From Spirochaetaceae bacterium (GTDB lineage Bacteria; Spirochaetota; Spirochaetia; DSM-2461): a stretch of 64,000 nucleotides of DNA. The notes below the pieces were generated by a model, which made no database searches, had not been told where the DNA came from, and saw only the letters and a list, made by a program, of their open reading frames with translations. A program made the translations under genes and the position numbers. The stretch's first letter is position 1. Each line of letters opens with the position of its first letter. Shown piece by piece: positions 29,923 through 40,623 of the stretch. The stretch is from the NCBI GenBank assembly GCA_965224705.1, contig OZ245056.1:1312001-1376000 (forward strand), in the 5' to 3' direction.

Positions 29923-32900
29923 TTATCTCCCAGACTCATACGCCAGGAAAGAACCAAGCCATGTTTCGGCCTCGGATTGAGTCATATTCCTGCGGACGGC
30001 ATAATCTGACACCTGTTCTTCGGTCAGCCTTCCCACACTGAAATACTCAATACCCGGTCGACCAAAAAGATAGGCGCACACCGAGGGGGGGGGAGTCATC
30101 ATGGAGCTTTCTGTCAGTCTTACCCCGATGGATTTCTCGACATCAAGTAGTTTGAATATATCTCTTTTGATTGTATGATCCGGACATGGGGGATAGCCGG
30201 GGGCAGGACGGATGCCATCATAGGCACCTGAAAGTATCCGCTGCGGATCATTGTCTTCATCCGGTGAATAGCCCCAGAGATCAACTCGAATATGGTGATG
30301 AAGCCATTCCGCCACCGCTTCACCAATGCGGTCCGCCAGAGTCTTAATCAGAAAGGATCCATAATCATCCCTGGCGGCTTTCCGGGCAGCCAGAGCTTCC
30401 TCTTCGCCGATACCTCCAGTTGCAACAAAAAGTCCCACCCAATCCCTGACACCGCTTCCCTCCGGGGCAACCCAGTCGGCCTGCGAAAGATAGTACTTCG
30501 TCTCCTTCTTTAAACCGGTTTGCCGCATCTGCGGCAGTGTCAAGACCGGCTGCTCATCGTCATGCTTCCGGTAAATTCGAATGTCATCCCCTCTGGACTG
30601 GGCAGGGAATATACCGGCCACAGCCGCCGCTTCAAGCAGGTTTCCAACCTGAATCCTATCCAGCCAGCTTCTGGCATCATTCATCAAGCGGCGAGCTTCC
30701 ATCCCCTTCTCAGGATGATCCAGGATGGCAGGATACTTCCCATCAATCTCCCATGCCCTGAAGAAAAAACTCCAGTCAATCAGGGGAATCACTTCGCTGA
30801 GAGGGATGTTTCTAAACGATTTCACACCTGTAAAACGAGGTTCAGGCAACTGGTTTTCCAGGATCCAGCCGCCCGGCGGCTGCCATGGCTTTGTTCTCAC
30901 CTCCTCCAGAGTAAGATGAATCCTTTCAGCAATTCTATCCGTTTTTTCCAGACGGACTTCTTCCTGCCTTTTTTTCAGGCGGGCAATGTACTCCGGGAGG
31001 GATCTGGAATCGGTCAAAGCGTTCACCACCGTTGGTGCCAGAGAGGCATCTTTAATATGAACGACAACCCCTGAGTAAGCAGGCGCTATTTTCAGGGCTG
31101 TATGAACCTCACTGGTGGTTGCTCCCCCAATGAGCAGAGGCTTCTTCCAACCGCGATCCTCCATGGCCTTTGCCACTCGAACCATTTCATCCAGACTTGG
31201 GGTAATAAGACCGGACAGTCCGATAATGTCGGCCGAGATATTATCGGCATGATCAAGTAAGTCTTCGACAGGAACCATGACACCCATGTCGATGGTTTCA
31301 TAACCATTGCACTGAAGAACAACCGCTACAATGTTCTTTCCAATGTCATGGACATCCCCCTTAACCGTTGCCAGAAGAATGCATCCCCGTGATTTGCTGC
31401 TGTTTTTACTGGCTTCAAGACTGGGCTGGAGTACACCCACCGCCCTTTTCATCACCCGGGCACTTTTTACAACCTGGGGCAGAAACATTTTCCCCGATCC
31501 AAAGAGTTCTCCCACCTTATTCATACCATCCATAAGGGGGCCCTCAATAACGCTCAAAGGATCTCCCATGGAAATTCGCGCATCTTCCACATCCTCGGCA
31601 ATCCATCCGGTAATTCCTTTTACCAGGGCATGCGTCAGTCGGCTCTCAACAACTTCCTCCCGCCAGGCAAGGTTTTCAACAGAGGGTTTTCCCTCTCCGG
31701 TAAAGGATTCGGCAATGTCCAGAAGCCGATCCCCGGCATCTTCCCGTCGAGCCAGAATCACATCCTCAACTCTTTCCCTCAGTTCACTGTCAATCTCATC
31801 GTAAATTTCCAACTGGCCGGCATTGACTATTCCCATCGTCAATCCGGCAGCAATTCCATGGTAGAGGAAAACCGAATGCATGGCTTCCCGGATGACACTA
31901 TTGCCCCGGAAGGAAAATGAAACATTGCTGATACCGCCGGAAAAGCACACCCCCGGCAATTCCTTTTTTAGAAATCTCACAGCCTCAATATAATCTCTGG
32001 CATAGTTTGAATGCTTCGGTATCCCGGTGGCGACGGCAAAGACATTGAGATCAAGGATGATGTCTCCCGGTATGAACCCGGCTTTATTAATCAGGATATC
32101 CACGGCCCTCCGGCCAATGTCCACTTTTCTCTGGAATGTATCAGCCTGACCATCTTCATCAAAGGCCATGACAATGATGGCCGCTCCAAAGCGTTTAATC
32201 TCTTTGACCTGTTTTAGGAAGGCTTCTTCCCCTTCCTTGAGACTCACCGAGTTGACAATTCCCTTTCCCTGCAGGCATTTCAAACCGGCAAACAGTGCTT
32301 CAGGCCTGGAGGAATCTATCATAACTGGAACTCTGGACACATCTGGTTCGGCCATTATCAGATTTAGAAACCGTGTCATCTCTTCCGGAGCATCCAGCAA
32401 TGCATCATCCACATTCACATCAATAATTTGTGCCCCATTTTCTACCTGCTTGCGGGCGATTTCCACCGCTTCCTCACCATTTTTGTCTCGAATCAACCGC
32501 GCAAATTTTCGAGAACCCGATACATTGGTCCTTTCCCCAACATTGATGAAGAGGCTTTTCTCATTGATGATAAGCGGATCCAATCCACTGAGCCGTGTAA
32601 AATAAACAGGTTTCTGTACCTGTTCCAGCGGCCGTGGTTTTGCTTGAATGACCCTGGACCGTATCGCGGAAATATGTTCAGCCCGGGTTCCGCAGCAGCC
32701 GCCGGCAATGTTGATCAGTCCTTCATCGGCCATGGAACCAATCACCTCTGCCATGTAATCAGGTGTGTCGTTATAACAACCCTCTTCATCCGGGAGGCCT
32801 GCATTGGGATACACGGAAACTGGAACTTCTGCTACCCTTGCCAGGGAGCGGATGTGCGGAAGCAGTTCTCCGGCTCCAAGAGCACAGTTCAATCCAATCG

Positions 32901-33627
32901 ATACGGGTTCGGCATGGGCCACCGAGAACCAGAACGCTTCGGGAGTTTGACCTGTCAGTGTTCGGCCGGATATGTCTGTTATGGTACCGGAAATCATTAT
33001 GGGCCACCGTCTTCTGTAGTGGTCAAACAGATCAAGAAGAGCGTATATTGCGGCCTTGGCATTCAAGGCATCGATAATCGTTTCCACAAGGATAAGGTCC
33101 GCACCACCCTCGATAAGACCCCGGGCCGCTTCCCTGTATGCATCGGCCATTTGATCAAAGGTAATCTCCCTGTATCCAGGATCTTCCACACGGGGAGACA
33201 GGGAAAGGATCTTGCTCGTTGGGCCAAGCGATCCGGCAACATAGCACGGGCCGCTGCCATCGTTCTCCAGGAAAGTCTCAATGGCTGAACGGGCAATTTG
33301 AGCACCACGATAGTTGATTTCGTAAGCCAGATTTCCGGTTTCGTACTCTGCCTGAGAAATCTCTGTACCGCTGAATGTATTGGTTTCAATGATATCGGCT
33401 CCAGCGTGAAGAAATTCAAGATGAAATTCCTTCACCAGTTCCGGTCTTATCAGATTAAGCATCTCATGATTGCCGAAAAGATTCTTTGGGTGCCTGGCAA
33501 ACCGTTCCCCATGGTAGTCTTTTTCAGTCAGTTTCTTTGACTGAAACCAGGTCCCGGCTGCCCCGTCCAGCATGAGTATCCTGTTCTTGAGCAGTGTTTT
33601 TATCTCTGCCGAGCAATCTTCCTGCAT
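29923..33627 (-). CDS. metH: Cobalamin-dependent methionine synthase
   Basis: [31 protein letters not shown] and RPAPGYP motifs. Confidence 0.97.
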   Translation of the reverse strand: MQEDCSAEIKTLLKNRILMLDGAAGTWFQSKKLTEKDYHGERFARHPKNLFGNHEMLNLIRPELVKEFHLEFLHAGADIIETNTFSGTEISQAEYETGNLAYEINYRGAQIARSAIETFLENDGSGPCYVAGSLGPTSKILSLSPRVEDPGYREITFDQMADAYREAARGLIEGGADLILVETIIDALNAKAAIYALLDLFDHYRRRWPIMISGTITDISGRTLTGQTPEAFWFSVAHAEPVSIGLNCALGAGELLPHIRSLARVAEVPVSVYPNAGLPDEEGCYNDTPDYMAEVIGSMADEGLINIAGGCCGTRAEHISAIRSRVIQAKPRPLEQVQKPVYFTRLSGLDPLIINEKSLFINVGERTNVSGSRKFARLIRDKNGEEAVEIARKQVENGAQIIDVNVDDALLDAPEEMTRFLNLIMAEPDVSRVPVMIDSSRPEALFAGLKCLQGKGIVNSVSLKEGEEAFLKQVKEIKRFGAAIIVMAFDEDGQADTFQRKVDIGRRAVDILINKAGFIPGDIILDLNVFAVATGIPKHSNYARDYIEAVRFLKKELPGVCFSGGISNVSFSFRGNSVIREAMHSVFLYHGIAAGLTMGIVNAGQLEIYDEIDSELRERVEDVILARREDAGDRLLDIAESFTGEGKPSVENLAWREEVVESRLTHALVKGITGWIAEDVEDARISMGDPLSVIEGPLMDGMNKVGELFGSGKMFLPQVVKSARVMKRAVGVLQPSLEASKNSSKSRGCILLATVKGDVHDIGKNIVAVVLQCNGYETIDMGVMVPVEDLLDHADNISADIIGLSGLITPSLDEMVRVAKAMEDRGWKKPLLIGGATTSEVHTALKIAPAYSGVVVHIKDASLAPTVVNALTDSRSLPEYIARLKKRQEEVRLEKTDRIAERIHLTLEEVRTKPWQPPGGWILENQLPEPRFTGVKSFRNIPLSEVIPLIDWSFFFRAWEIDGKYPAILDHPEKGMEARRLMNDARSWLDRIQVGNLLEAAAVAGIFPAQSRGDDIRIYRKHDDEQPVLTLPQMRQTGLKKETKYYLSQADWVAPEGSGVRDWVGLFVATGGIGEEEALAARKAARDDYGSFLIKTLADRIGEAVAEWLHHHIRVDLWGYSPDEDNDPQRILSGAYDGIRPAPGYPPCPDHTIKRDIFKLLDVEKSIGVRLTESSMMTPPPSVCAYLFGRPGIEYFSVGRLTEEQVSDYAVRRNMTQSEAETWLGSFLAYESGR

Positions 33628-33667
33628 TTTGTTTACAACTTACTTTCTGTCATGAATTGTCTCTGGA

Positions 33668-34375
33668 CTATATGCCAAGATATGCTTCTTTGACCCTGTC
33701 ATCAACCAGAAGGGCTTCTGAAGTATCAGTTTTCACAATGATGCCATTTTGAAGGACATAACCCCGGTGTGCTATTCTGAGGGCCATGTTGGCATTTTGC
33801 TCTACCAGAAAAATGGTTGTACCCTGTTCCATGTTAATTCGTGTTATTATCTCGAATATTTGCTGGACAATGAGGGGAGCCAATCCAAGGGATGGTTCAT
33901 CAAGAAGAAGTATTCTGGGTTTCGCCATAAGGGCGCGGCTGATGGCGAGCATCTGCTGTTCGCCTCCGGAAAGTGTTCCTCCAGTTTGATGCCGCCGTTC
34001 TGAAAGAATTGGAAATAATTCGAATACATAGTCCATGTCGGTTTTGATTTCATTCCTGTCCCTTCTCAGGTAGGCCCCCATATCCAGGTTTTCAAGAACG
34101 GTGAGTTGGGGGAAAATTCTCCGCCCTTCCGGCACCTGACTCATGCCGAATGTCACGATTTCATGGGATGACAACGGGGTAATATCCCTGCCTTCCAGAA
34201 AAATAGATCCGGTTGATGGCTTCACAATTCCACAGATGGACATGAGTGTGGTTGATTTTCCGGCACCATTGGCTCCGATCAGGGTAATGATTTCACCTTT
34301 TTCCACTTCAAGGCTTATGCCTTTAAGAGCCTGGATGCCGCCATAACTGGTGTGAATATTATCAACCTTCAACAT
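33668..34375 (-). CDS. livF: Branched-chain amino acid ABC transporter ATPase
   Basis: GANGAGKS, VPEGRRIF, LSGGEQQMLA and VEQNA motifs. Confidence 0.93.
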   Translation of the reverse strand: MLKVDNIHTSYGGIQALKGISLEVEKGEIITLIGANGAGKSTTLMSICGIVKPSTGSIFLEGRDITPLSSHEIVTFGMSQVPEGRRIFPQLTVLENLDMGAYLRRDRNEIKTDMDYVFELFPILSERRHQTGGTLSGGEQQMLAISRALMAKPRILLLDEPSLGLAPLIVQQIFEIITRINMEQGTTIFLVEQNANMALRIAHRGYVLQNGIIVKTDTSEALLVDDRVKEAYLGI

Positions 34376-34376
34376 C

Positions 34377-35156
34377 TCACTCCCCCAGATATGCTTTGAT
34401 GACAGCCGGATTAACCTTCACTTCTTCAGGTCCTCCTTCCGCAATCAGTCTTCCGTAATCCAGCACGTAAATTCTTTCAGAAAGACTCATCACCAGACTC
34501 ATATCATGCTCAATAAGGAGAATTGTTGTTTTCTCTCTATCGCGAATCCGTGTAATGGTTTCATCCAGTTCCCTGGTTTCCTGGGGATTCATTCCGGCCG
34601 CTGGTTCATCCAGAAGTAAAAGCTGCGGCTCAGTGGCCAGTGCTCTGGCGATCTCTAAAAGACGCTGTGCGCCGTACGGCAGGCCGGCTGCTATTTCGTT
34701 TGCATACTTTCCCAGACCAAGCTTCTTAAGTATCTCAACGGAATCTTCAATAACCTGTTCTTCTTCTTCCCGGGTGGCCTTGCTGCGCAGTATTGCTCCA
34801 AAAAGATTAGCTCTGAGCTTTGAGTGCCGACCAATCATCACGTTTTCAAGAGCTGTCATCGATGAGAAAAGCCGGATGTTTTGAAATGTACGGGCAAGCC
34901 CCAGCTCAGCTATTTTATTCGGTTTCATGCCATTGGTCTTCTTTTTATCACCATTACCTGAGGAAACAGTTATATGTCCCTCCGAGGGGGTATACACACC
35001 GGTGACACAATTGAACAGAGTTGTTTTTCCCGCCCCATTCGGACCGATGAGAGCGACTATTTCCCCTTCATCAATATGCATGTTCACATGGTCAACAGCT
35101 CTCAGACCCCCAAACACCATGGAAAAATCATTGATGTTCAATATAGTGCGGCTCAC
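34377..35156 (-). CDS. livG: Branched-chain amino acid ABC transporter ATPase
   Basis: GPNGAGKT, ARTFQNIRLF, LPYGAQR and DEPAAGMN motifs. Confidence 0.93.
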   Translation of the reverse strand: MSRTILNINDFSMVFGGLRAVDHVNMHIDEGEIVALIGPNGAGKTTLFNCVTGVYTPSEGHITVSSGNGDKKKTNGMKPNKIAELGLARTFQNIRLFSSMTALENVMIGRHSKLRANLFGAILRSKATREEEEQVIEDSVEILKKLGLGKYANEIAAGLPYGAQRLLEIARALATEPQLLLLDEPAAGMNPQETRELDETITRIRDREKTTILLIEHDMSLVMSLSERIYVLDYGRLIAEGGPEEVKVNPAVIKAYLGE

Positions 35157-36364
35157 AGTGATCCCTCTACTGTATATCGCTTTCGGACGCGGGGAATTAT
35201 TCCCTGAGGTCTGAATACGGACATCACAACCAGGGCCACACCAAACATCATCATCCGGTAATCAGAAAGAACTCGAAAATACTCAGGGATCAGGGTTACA
35301 ATGAGGGCTCCCAGAAAAACTCCCGGTATGGAACCTGTTCCCCCAAGAACGACGGCAACGAGTATCATCACAGATTCCATGAGAGTGAAACTCCCGGGGT
35401 TGATGTACGTTGTTTTACCTGCAAGTATAACGCCTATAAGGCCAGCCCATACCGCACCCAGTGCAAATGTAACAAGTTTGGTACGTGCAAGGTCAATTCC
35501 CATGGACTGAGCTGCAATGTCATCCTCCTTCATCGCTTCAAGTGCCCTCCCGATGCGGGAATCCTCAAGGCGCCGTATTACAAGTATTGTCAGAATCACC
35601 ATAATGATGGAAATGTAGTAGAGATATGCAGTCGCCCCCTGAAGTGAAAGTTTGACAAAGAATCCCGGCCGTGGAATCCTGGCAATGCCCTCAGGGCCTT
35701 TTGTAAATCCAGACAGGTTTTCCAGGAATAACCGGACGATTTCCCCAAACGCAAGGGTAACAATGGCAAGATAATCCCCTCGAAGCCGCAGGACAGGGAT
35801 CCCGATAAGTAAACCGAGAACCATACCTGAAACAGCCCCCAGAGGCAGGGCGCCCCAGAACGGAAATCCCAGGTAGAGGTATAGAAGACCGTAATTATAG
35901 GCGCCAACAGCATAGAATGCGGCATAGCCCAGATGCAGAAGTCCCCCATACCCAATAACTATGTTGAGACCCAGGCCCAGGATTACAAACATCAGGGCAC
36001 TGGTCATTATACCAACCTGATAAAAACTCACCATAAATGGAAAAAGGATAACCAGAAGACCCAGTGTAACGAGGGAGAACATGTACACTTTTTTTTGGGC
36101 GAACAATTTCCTCAGCCTGAAAGTCGTCAGACTGGCATCAATATCATTGCTATGAGTTCCTCCCTTCTCTTTCCTGTCAAGGAAGAAATCCCATATCAGA
36201 GAAAAAATAAATGTTCCTGCACCAACATAGAGTAAGTTCATCCATCGCCATTTCACGGTTGAATTCACAGCATTAACTTTAATCACCATGATGGGAAAGG
36301 TAAGAATCATCAGCCAGATTGCACTGAGAATCGATTTTCGGATGTTCTTCATTATTCTTTCCAT
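35153..36364 (-). CDS. livM: Branched-chain amino acid ABC transporter permease
   Basis: LGLNIVIG and LRLRGDYLAIVTLAFGEI motifs. Confidence 0.92.
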   Translation of the reverse strand: MERIMKNIRKSILSAIWLMILTFPIMVIKVNAVNSTVKWRWMNLLYVGAGTFIFSLIWDFFLDRKEKGGTHSNDIDASLTTFRLRKLFAQKKVYMFSLVTLGLLVILFPFMVSFYQVGIMTSALMFVILGLGLNIVIGYGGLLHLGYAAFYAVGAYNYGLLYLYLGFPFWGALPLGAVSGMVLGLLIGIPVLRLRGDYLAIVTLAFGEIVRLFLENLSGFTKGPEGIARIPRPGFFVKLSLQGATAYLYYISIIMVILTILVIRRLEDSRIGRALEAMKEDDIAAQSMGIDLARTKLVTFALGAVWAGLIGVILAGKTTYINPGSFTLMESVMILVAVVLGGTGSIPGVFLGALIVTLIPEYFRVLSDYRMMMFGVALVVMSVFRPQGIIPRVRKRYTVEGSL

Positions 36365-36368
36365 ATAC

Positions 36369-37274
36369 TCAAACCTTTTCCATCTCATGCCGACCGACTA
36401 AGCCGGATGGTTTGAAGACCAGAATGAGGATGAGTATAATGAAGGCAAAAGCGTTTTCATACGCACTGGATATGTAGCCGGCACCAAAACTTTCCGTCAT
36501 TCCAAGCACGAAGCTGCCCAGTACGGCTCCAGGGATACTGCCGATTCCACCGAGCACTGCAGCAACAAAGGCTTTGATTCCTGCCAGAAAACCTATGTAG
36601 AAATTGATTTGCCCCATGTGGTTGGCAACAAGAACCCCACCAATAGCCGCCGTAGCGGAACCGATGGCGAAGGTAACAGTGATAACTTTGTTAATATCAA
36701 TACCCACGAGTTGGGCCATCACCTTATCCTGGGATGTTGCTCTCATGGCCTTCCCAATGCGTGTAAATTTTATCAGGACAGTAAGAAGAACCATGACAAC
36801 AAAAGTGGAAATCAGTATAACCAGCTGAGTTGTTGTTATCAGGGACTTCCCCCTGATGAGGAAGGGGAGATCGGGAATCAATGACCGAAAGGGCAGAAAA
36901 TCTGAAGTTTGGGCCATTCTGACATAGTTCTGGAGAATGAGAGACATACCGATGGCACTGATCAGAGCGGAGAGTCTTGGTGCATTTCTCAGGGGTTTGT
37001 AGGCAATTCTTTCCATTGTTGTTCCATAGCCAACGGAAAAAAACACGGCGGCCAGAAGGGAAATCGTCAGAATGAGGAGTGGAGACATCGTTGTCATAAT
37101 TTGCAGTACAGCACTTATGATTAGAGCTGTGAATGCCCCGATCATATAGATTTCTCCATGAGCAAAGTTAATCAATTTGATGATGCCATATACCATGGTA
37201 TAGCCCAGGGCAATCAAGGCGTAAATACTGCCTTTGGTTAGTCCTGCCAATGCAAGCTGCAGGAAGTACTTCAA
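36369..37274 (-). CDS. livH: Branched-chain amino acid ABC transporter permease
   Basis: GSIYALIALGYTMVYGIIKLINFAHGE motif; likely TTG start after AAGGAG. Confidence 0.92.
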   Translation of the reverse strand: MKYFLQLALAGLTKGSIYALIALGYTMVYGIIKLINFAHGEIYMIGAFTALIISAVLQIMTTMSPLLILTISLLAAVFFSVGYGTTMERIAYKPLRNAPRLSALISAIGMSLILQNYVRMAQTSDFLPFRSLIPDLPFLIRGKSLITTTQLVILISTFVVMVLLTVLIKFTRIGKAMRATSQDKVMAQLVGIDINKVITVTFAIGSATAAIGGVLVANHMGQINFYIGFLAGIKAFVAAVLGGIGSIPGAVLGSFVLGMTESFGAGYISSAYENAFAFIILILILVFKPSGLVGRHEMEKV

Positions 37275-37379
37275 GAAAATCTCCTTCATAGAACAGGTTT
37301 TATGCTCAAAAGGTGTTGGAATCTGCATCAGTATGATAGATGTAGTATCCAAGTTCAAGTCTTCGGGAAACTTTTTTGT

Positions 37380-37603
37380 AGTGTCAGAAAGCCTGTAAAA
37401 CCTCCTTCAACTCATCCCGGGAGTCCAATCTCATCCTGAACCTTCACATATCCGCCTGAGATTGGCGAACCCGGTCTCATAGATGAACTCGGACTCACTC
37501 CCGGTGTTGCAGGAGTTCCTCGTAGTCGATGACTTTTTTCGCATAACTATGTTATAACGAGCCTGACATGGGTTTTTGCTGCATTAACAAGCTTTCTGAC
37601 ACT
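37380..37603. mobile_element. Family B MITE (224 bp)
   Basis: Same termini and the same first deletion junction as 19118-19742. Confidence 0.88.
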
Positions 37604-37623
37604 AAGTTTCAATACCAACAAGA

Positions 37624-39009
37624 TCATTGAAATTCATACAACTCCAAACTGTGAGAAAGGAAATTCGTAAAAGCTAAATACTGACCATCAGAGCTTATAT
37701 CAAGTCCTGTAGGCTGATCCCGGCCCCAAATCCATGACACAACTTCCCCGATATCCAGACGGATAAAGTAAATTTTCCCATATTCATAACCTCTTGTTAG
37801 ATAGCCCGTATCGGGATTATTAGGACCCCGGCAGGACACAACAAGCCATTGCCCATCGGGAGAAATATCACAGGTATTGGGCTTTTCTCCCACTTCCCAG
37901 AAACCCATCCATTGACCAGTTTCCGAAAGCCTGTAAACACGGCTTGCACCCATGGCCGTGATGTAGTATTCTCCCCTGGGTTTATCGTAGACAATATGCC
38001 GCATGGCATAAGGTTTTTTTGGCCCTGCATCATGAACAATCTGAGTTTTCCCGGTGCTGAGATTTATCCTGTCTACAGCCGAATCTGAGAATCGAGTTAC
38101 AAGAATTTCCGATACATCCCGGCTCAGACTTAACCCTCGTGGAATGGGTCCCGTTTTGAAACTGCTGACTTCTCTGTATGATTCAGTATCAATCACAGAA
38201 ATAGAATTGCTGATCCAGCAGGAAGCATACATTTTTTTTTCATCAGGTGAGGCAACGAGCAATTTGGGCCATGAGCCGCTCAGTTTCACCTGTGATATAT
38301 AGGCTCCGGTTTCTAAATTGAAGATATGAATGCTGTTTGTTGTCATCTGAGAAATCCATAACTCCTTTCGTTTCTCAAGAATGAAGGATTCAACAAAACC
38401 CTTATGACGGGCAGCCTCATCTGGAACATTGAAACTGCGAACCCAATCGAACGGACTCACCCTGTATTGGTTGATGGCAATTTCGTCTCCCAGGTGAATA
38501 GTAAAAAGATAGCGTCCGTCAGGGCTGAATCGTACACTTTTGGGCTGGAATCCGGTTGGAAGTTCTCCGATCCGCTGAACAATGGAATCTGCTCGTTCAA
38601 GTTTGACCTCGGTGATTTCTCCGTCAATCAGCGGTACAACCCTGGTGATGTAGCCATCCGACTGGAGTCCAATTGCACCCGCATTCGTGGTGAACCACTG
38701 AGTATCATGTTCTCTGTGGCTGGGGGTAAGAGTAACAAGCTCCAGGTTTGAGAGTGAAACAATTTCGGCATCCTGAGGGAAAACCCGTATACCGATTTTC
38801 CGCTGCTCGATTCGGTCTGGATATGCGGAAAGACGTTCATGCAGAGTTGGAGTTGCAATGTATGGAGATGGAATGACTTCTGGTACGGGAAGTGAGGCTT
38901 CTGCCGGGGGAACGCCTGGACTGGGCTGCATCAGTGCAGAAGATGTACCCGCACAGGAGGCCAACAGTAGTAAGAGGGTGGAAAGCAATCCCGAATATGA
39001 AAATTTCAT
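37624..39009 (-). CDS. YncE/YVTN-type beta-propeller lipoprotein
   Basis: Lipobox LASC; repeats PKSVRFSPDG, PNTCDISPDG and PTGLDISSDG. Confidence 0.8.
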   Translation of the reverse strand: MKFSYSGLLSTLLLLLASCAGTSSALMQPSPGVPPAEASLPVPEVIPSPYIATPTLHERLSAYPDRIEQRKIGIRVFPQDAEIVSLSNLELVTLTPSHREHDTQWFTTNAGAIGLQSDGYITRVVPLIDGEITEVKLERADSIVQRIGELPTGFQPKSVRFSPDGRYLFTIHLGDEIAINQYRVSPFDWVRSFNVPDEAARHKGFVESFILEKRKELWISQMTTNSIHIFNLETGAYISQVKLSGSWPKLLVASPDEKKMYASCWISNSISVIDTESYREVSSFKTGPIPRGLSLSRDVSEILVTRFSDSAVDRINLSTGKTQIVHDAGPKKPYAMRHIVYDKPRGEYYITAMGASRVYRLSETGQWMGFWEVGEKPNTCDISPDGQWLVVSCRGPNNPDTGYLTRGYEYGKIYFIRLDIGEVVSWIWGRDQPTGLDISSDGQYLAFTNFLSHSLELYEFQ

Positions 39010-39186
39010 GGAGTGTTCATCATGGCATAATCTGTATTACTTCACAATGAAGAAAGCTATTGAACATATTGACAACCTTGTATATTCTGGGGGAAAAAGG
39101 AAACTCGAAAGAAGAACAATTTCAAGTTGAAGCAATCCAATTAGTTTCTCAACGGAAATTAGATCGTACAAAACTGGAAGGTAAAC

Positions 39187-40323
39187 ATGATTATAGCCAT
39201 ACCAAAGGAGGCTGAGGACAGCCGAGCGGCTCTTATCCCCGATGCCGTAAAAAAACTCATCGCACTTGAAGGCACTGAAGTTGTTGTGGAGACAAATTTA
39301 TCAGATCACTGGGACGATGAGGCATATTTGGCCGCCGGGGCAAAAGTGGAGAAGAAACAAAGTACTCTTCTCGAATCAGCCGATGTTGTGATGCGGATCA
39401 ATCCCACTTCGGAAAGGAATGTTTCCAGGATGAAAAAGGGTGCCATTCACATCAGCCTTCTGGATCCCTACAATAACAGGAAACTTGTTGAATCCTATGC
39501 CGCCGCCGGGATCAATGTCATCAGTCTTGAAATGATTCCCCGCACAACTCTGGCCCAGAAGATGGATGTTCTGAGTTCTCAGGCATCCCTGGCCGGTTAT
39601 GTGGCTGTGCTCAAAGCGGCGGAACGACTGGACAGAATTCTGCCTATGATGATGACCCCGGCCGGAACTCTCGCGCCAGCCAGGGTGTTCGTTATTGGAG
39701 CAGGGGTTGCCGGCTTGCAGGCCATTGCCACCGCGAAGCGGCTTGGCGCCCGAGTTGAGGCGTTTGATACACGCCCTGTTGTAGAAGAACAGGTTCAATC
39801 ACTGGGAGCAAAGTTTGTCAAAGTTGATCTTGGAGAAACAGGTCAAACAAAAGATGGATATGCCAAAGCTCTTACAGATGAACAGTTAGCCAAACAGCGT
39901 GATGCAATGGCCAAAGCTGTTGCTCAGGCCGATATAACCATTACAACGGCCAAACTCTTCGGTCGAAAGGCACCAATCATCATCACGGCGGAAATGCTCA
40001 AGGACGTGAAGAAAGGTTCCGTTATTGTTGATCTGGCTGCCGGCAGCGGGGGCAATGTAGAAGGGGTCAGGGTTGATAAAGAGGTCTCCATTGATGGCGT
40101 CAGGATTATCGGTATTGACAATCTCCCCGGTGAGGTTGCCATCCATGCCAGTCAGATGCTGGCCGCCAACATGGTGAATCTCATCACTCACCTGAGGGAT
40201 GCTGACACTGGAAGACTCAAGCTCGGCACTGGAGAAAATCCTGACGAGATCGCCGTGGGTTGTGTTATCGTCCGTGATGGCCAGATTGTCCATCCAGATA
40301 TACTCAACCACTACAAAAAATAG
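39187..40323 (+). CDS. pntA: NAD(P) transhydrogenase subunit alpha, part 1
   Basis: AQKMDVLSSQ and GAGVAGLQAIATAKRLGA motifs. Confidence 0.95.
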   Translation: MIIAIPKEAEDSRAALIPDAVKKLIALEGTEVVVETNLSDHWDDEAYLAAGAKVEKKQSTLLESADVVMRINPTSERNVSRMKKGAIHISLLDPYNNRKLVESYAAAGINVISLEMIPRTTLAQKMDVLSSQASLAGYVAVLKAAERLDRILPMMMTPAGTLAPARVFVIGAGVAGLQAIATAKRLGARVEAFDTRPVVEEQVQSLGAKFVKVDLGETGQTKDGYAKALTDEQLAKQRDAMAKAVAQADITITTAKLFGRKAPIIITAEMLKDVKKGSVIVDLAAGSGGNVEGVRVDKEVSIDGVRIIGIDNLPGEVAIHASQMLAANMVNLITHLRDADTGRLKLGTGENPDEIAVGCVIVRDGQIVHPDILNHYKK

Positions 40324-40332
40324 GAGAAAATC

Positions 40333-40623
40333 ATGGGAATAATGCTCATTTTCGTTCTGGTACTTGCAACTTTTCTGGGTTTTGAACTCATTTCCAAAGT
40401 CCCAAGTCAATTACACACGCCATTGATGTCTGGTTCCAATGCTATCAGCGGCATCACCATCGTGGGTGCACTGATCAGCCTTCTGGGAACCTGGAATGTT
40501 GAAGGCGACATGCTGCGGACCATTCTGGGAACACTGGCAGTCATGTTTGCAACGATCAATGTTGTCGGTGGTTATTTCGTTACTGATAGAATGCTTGGTA
40601 TGTTTACCGGGGAGAAAAAATAG
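40333..40623 (+). CDS. NAD(P) transhydrogenase subunit alpha, part 2
   Basis: LHTPLMSGSNAISG and VTDRMLGMF motifs. Confidence 0.95.
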   Translation: MGIMLIFVLVLATFLGFELISKVPSQLHTPLMSGSNAISGITIVGALISLLGTWNVEGDMLRTILGTLAVMFATINVVGGYFVTDRMLGMFTGEKK

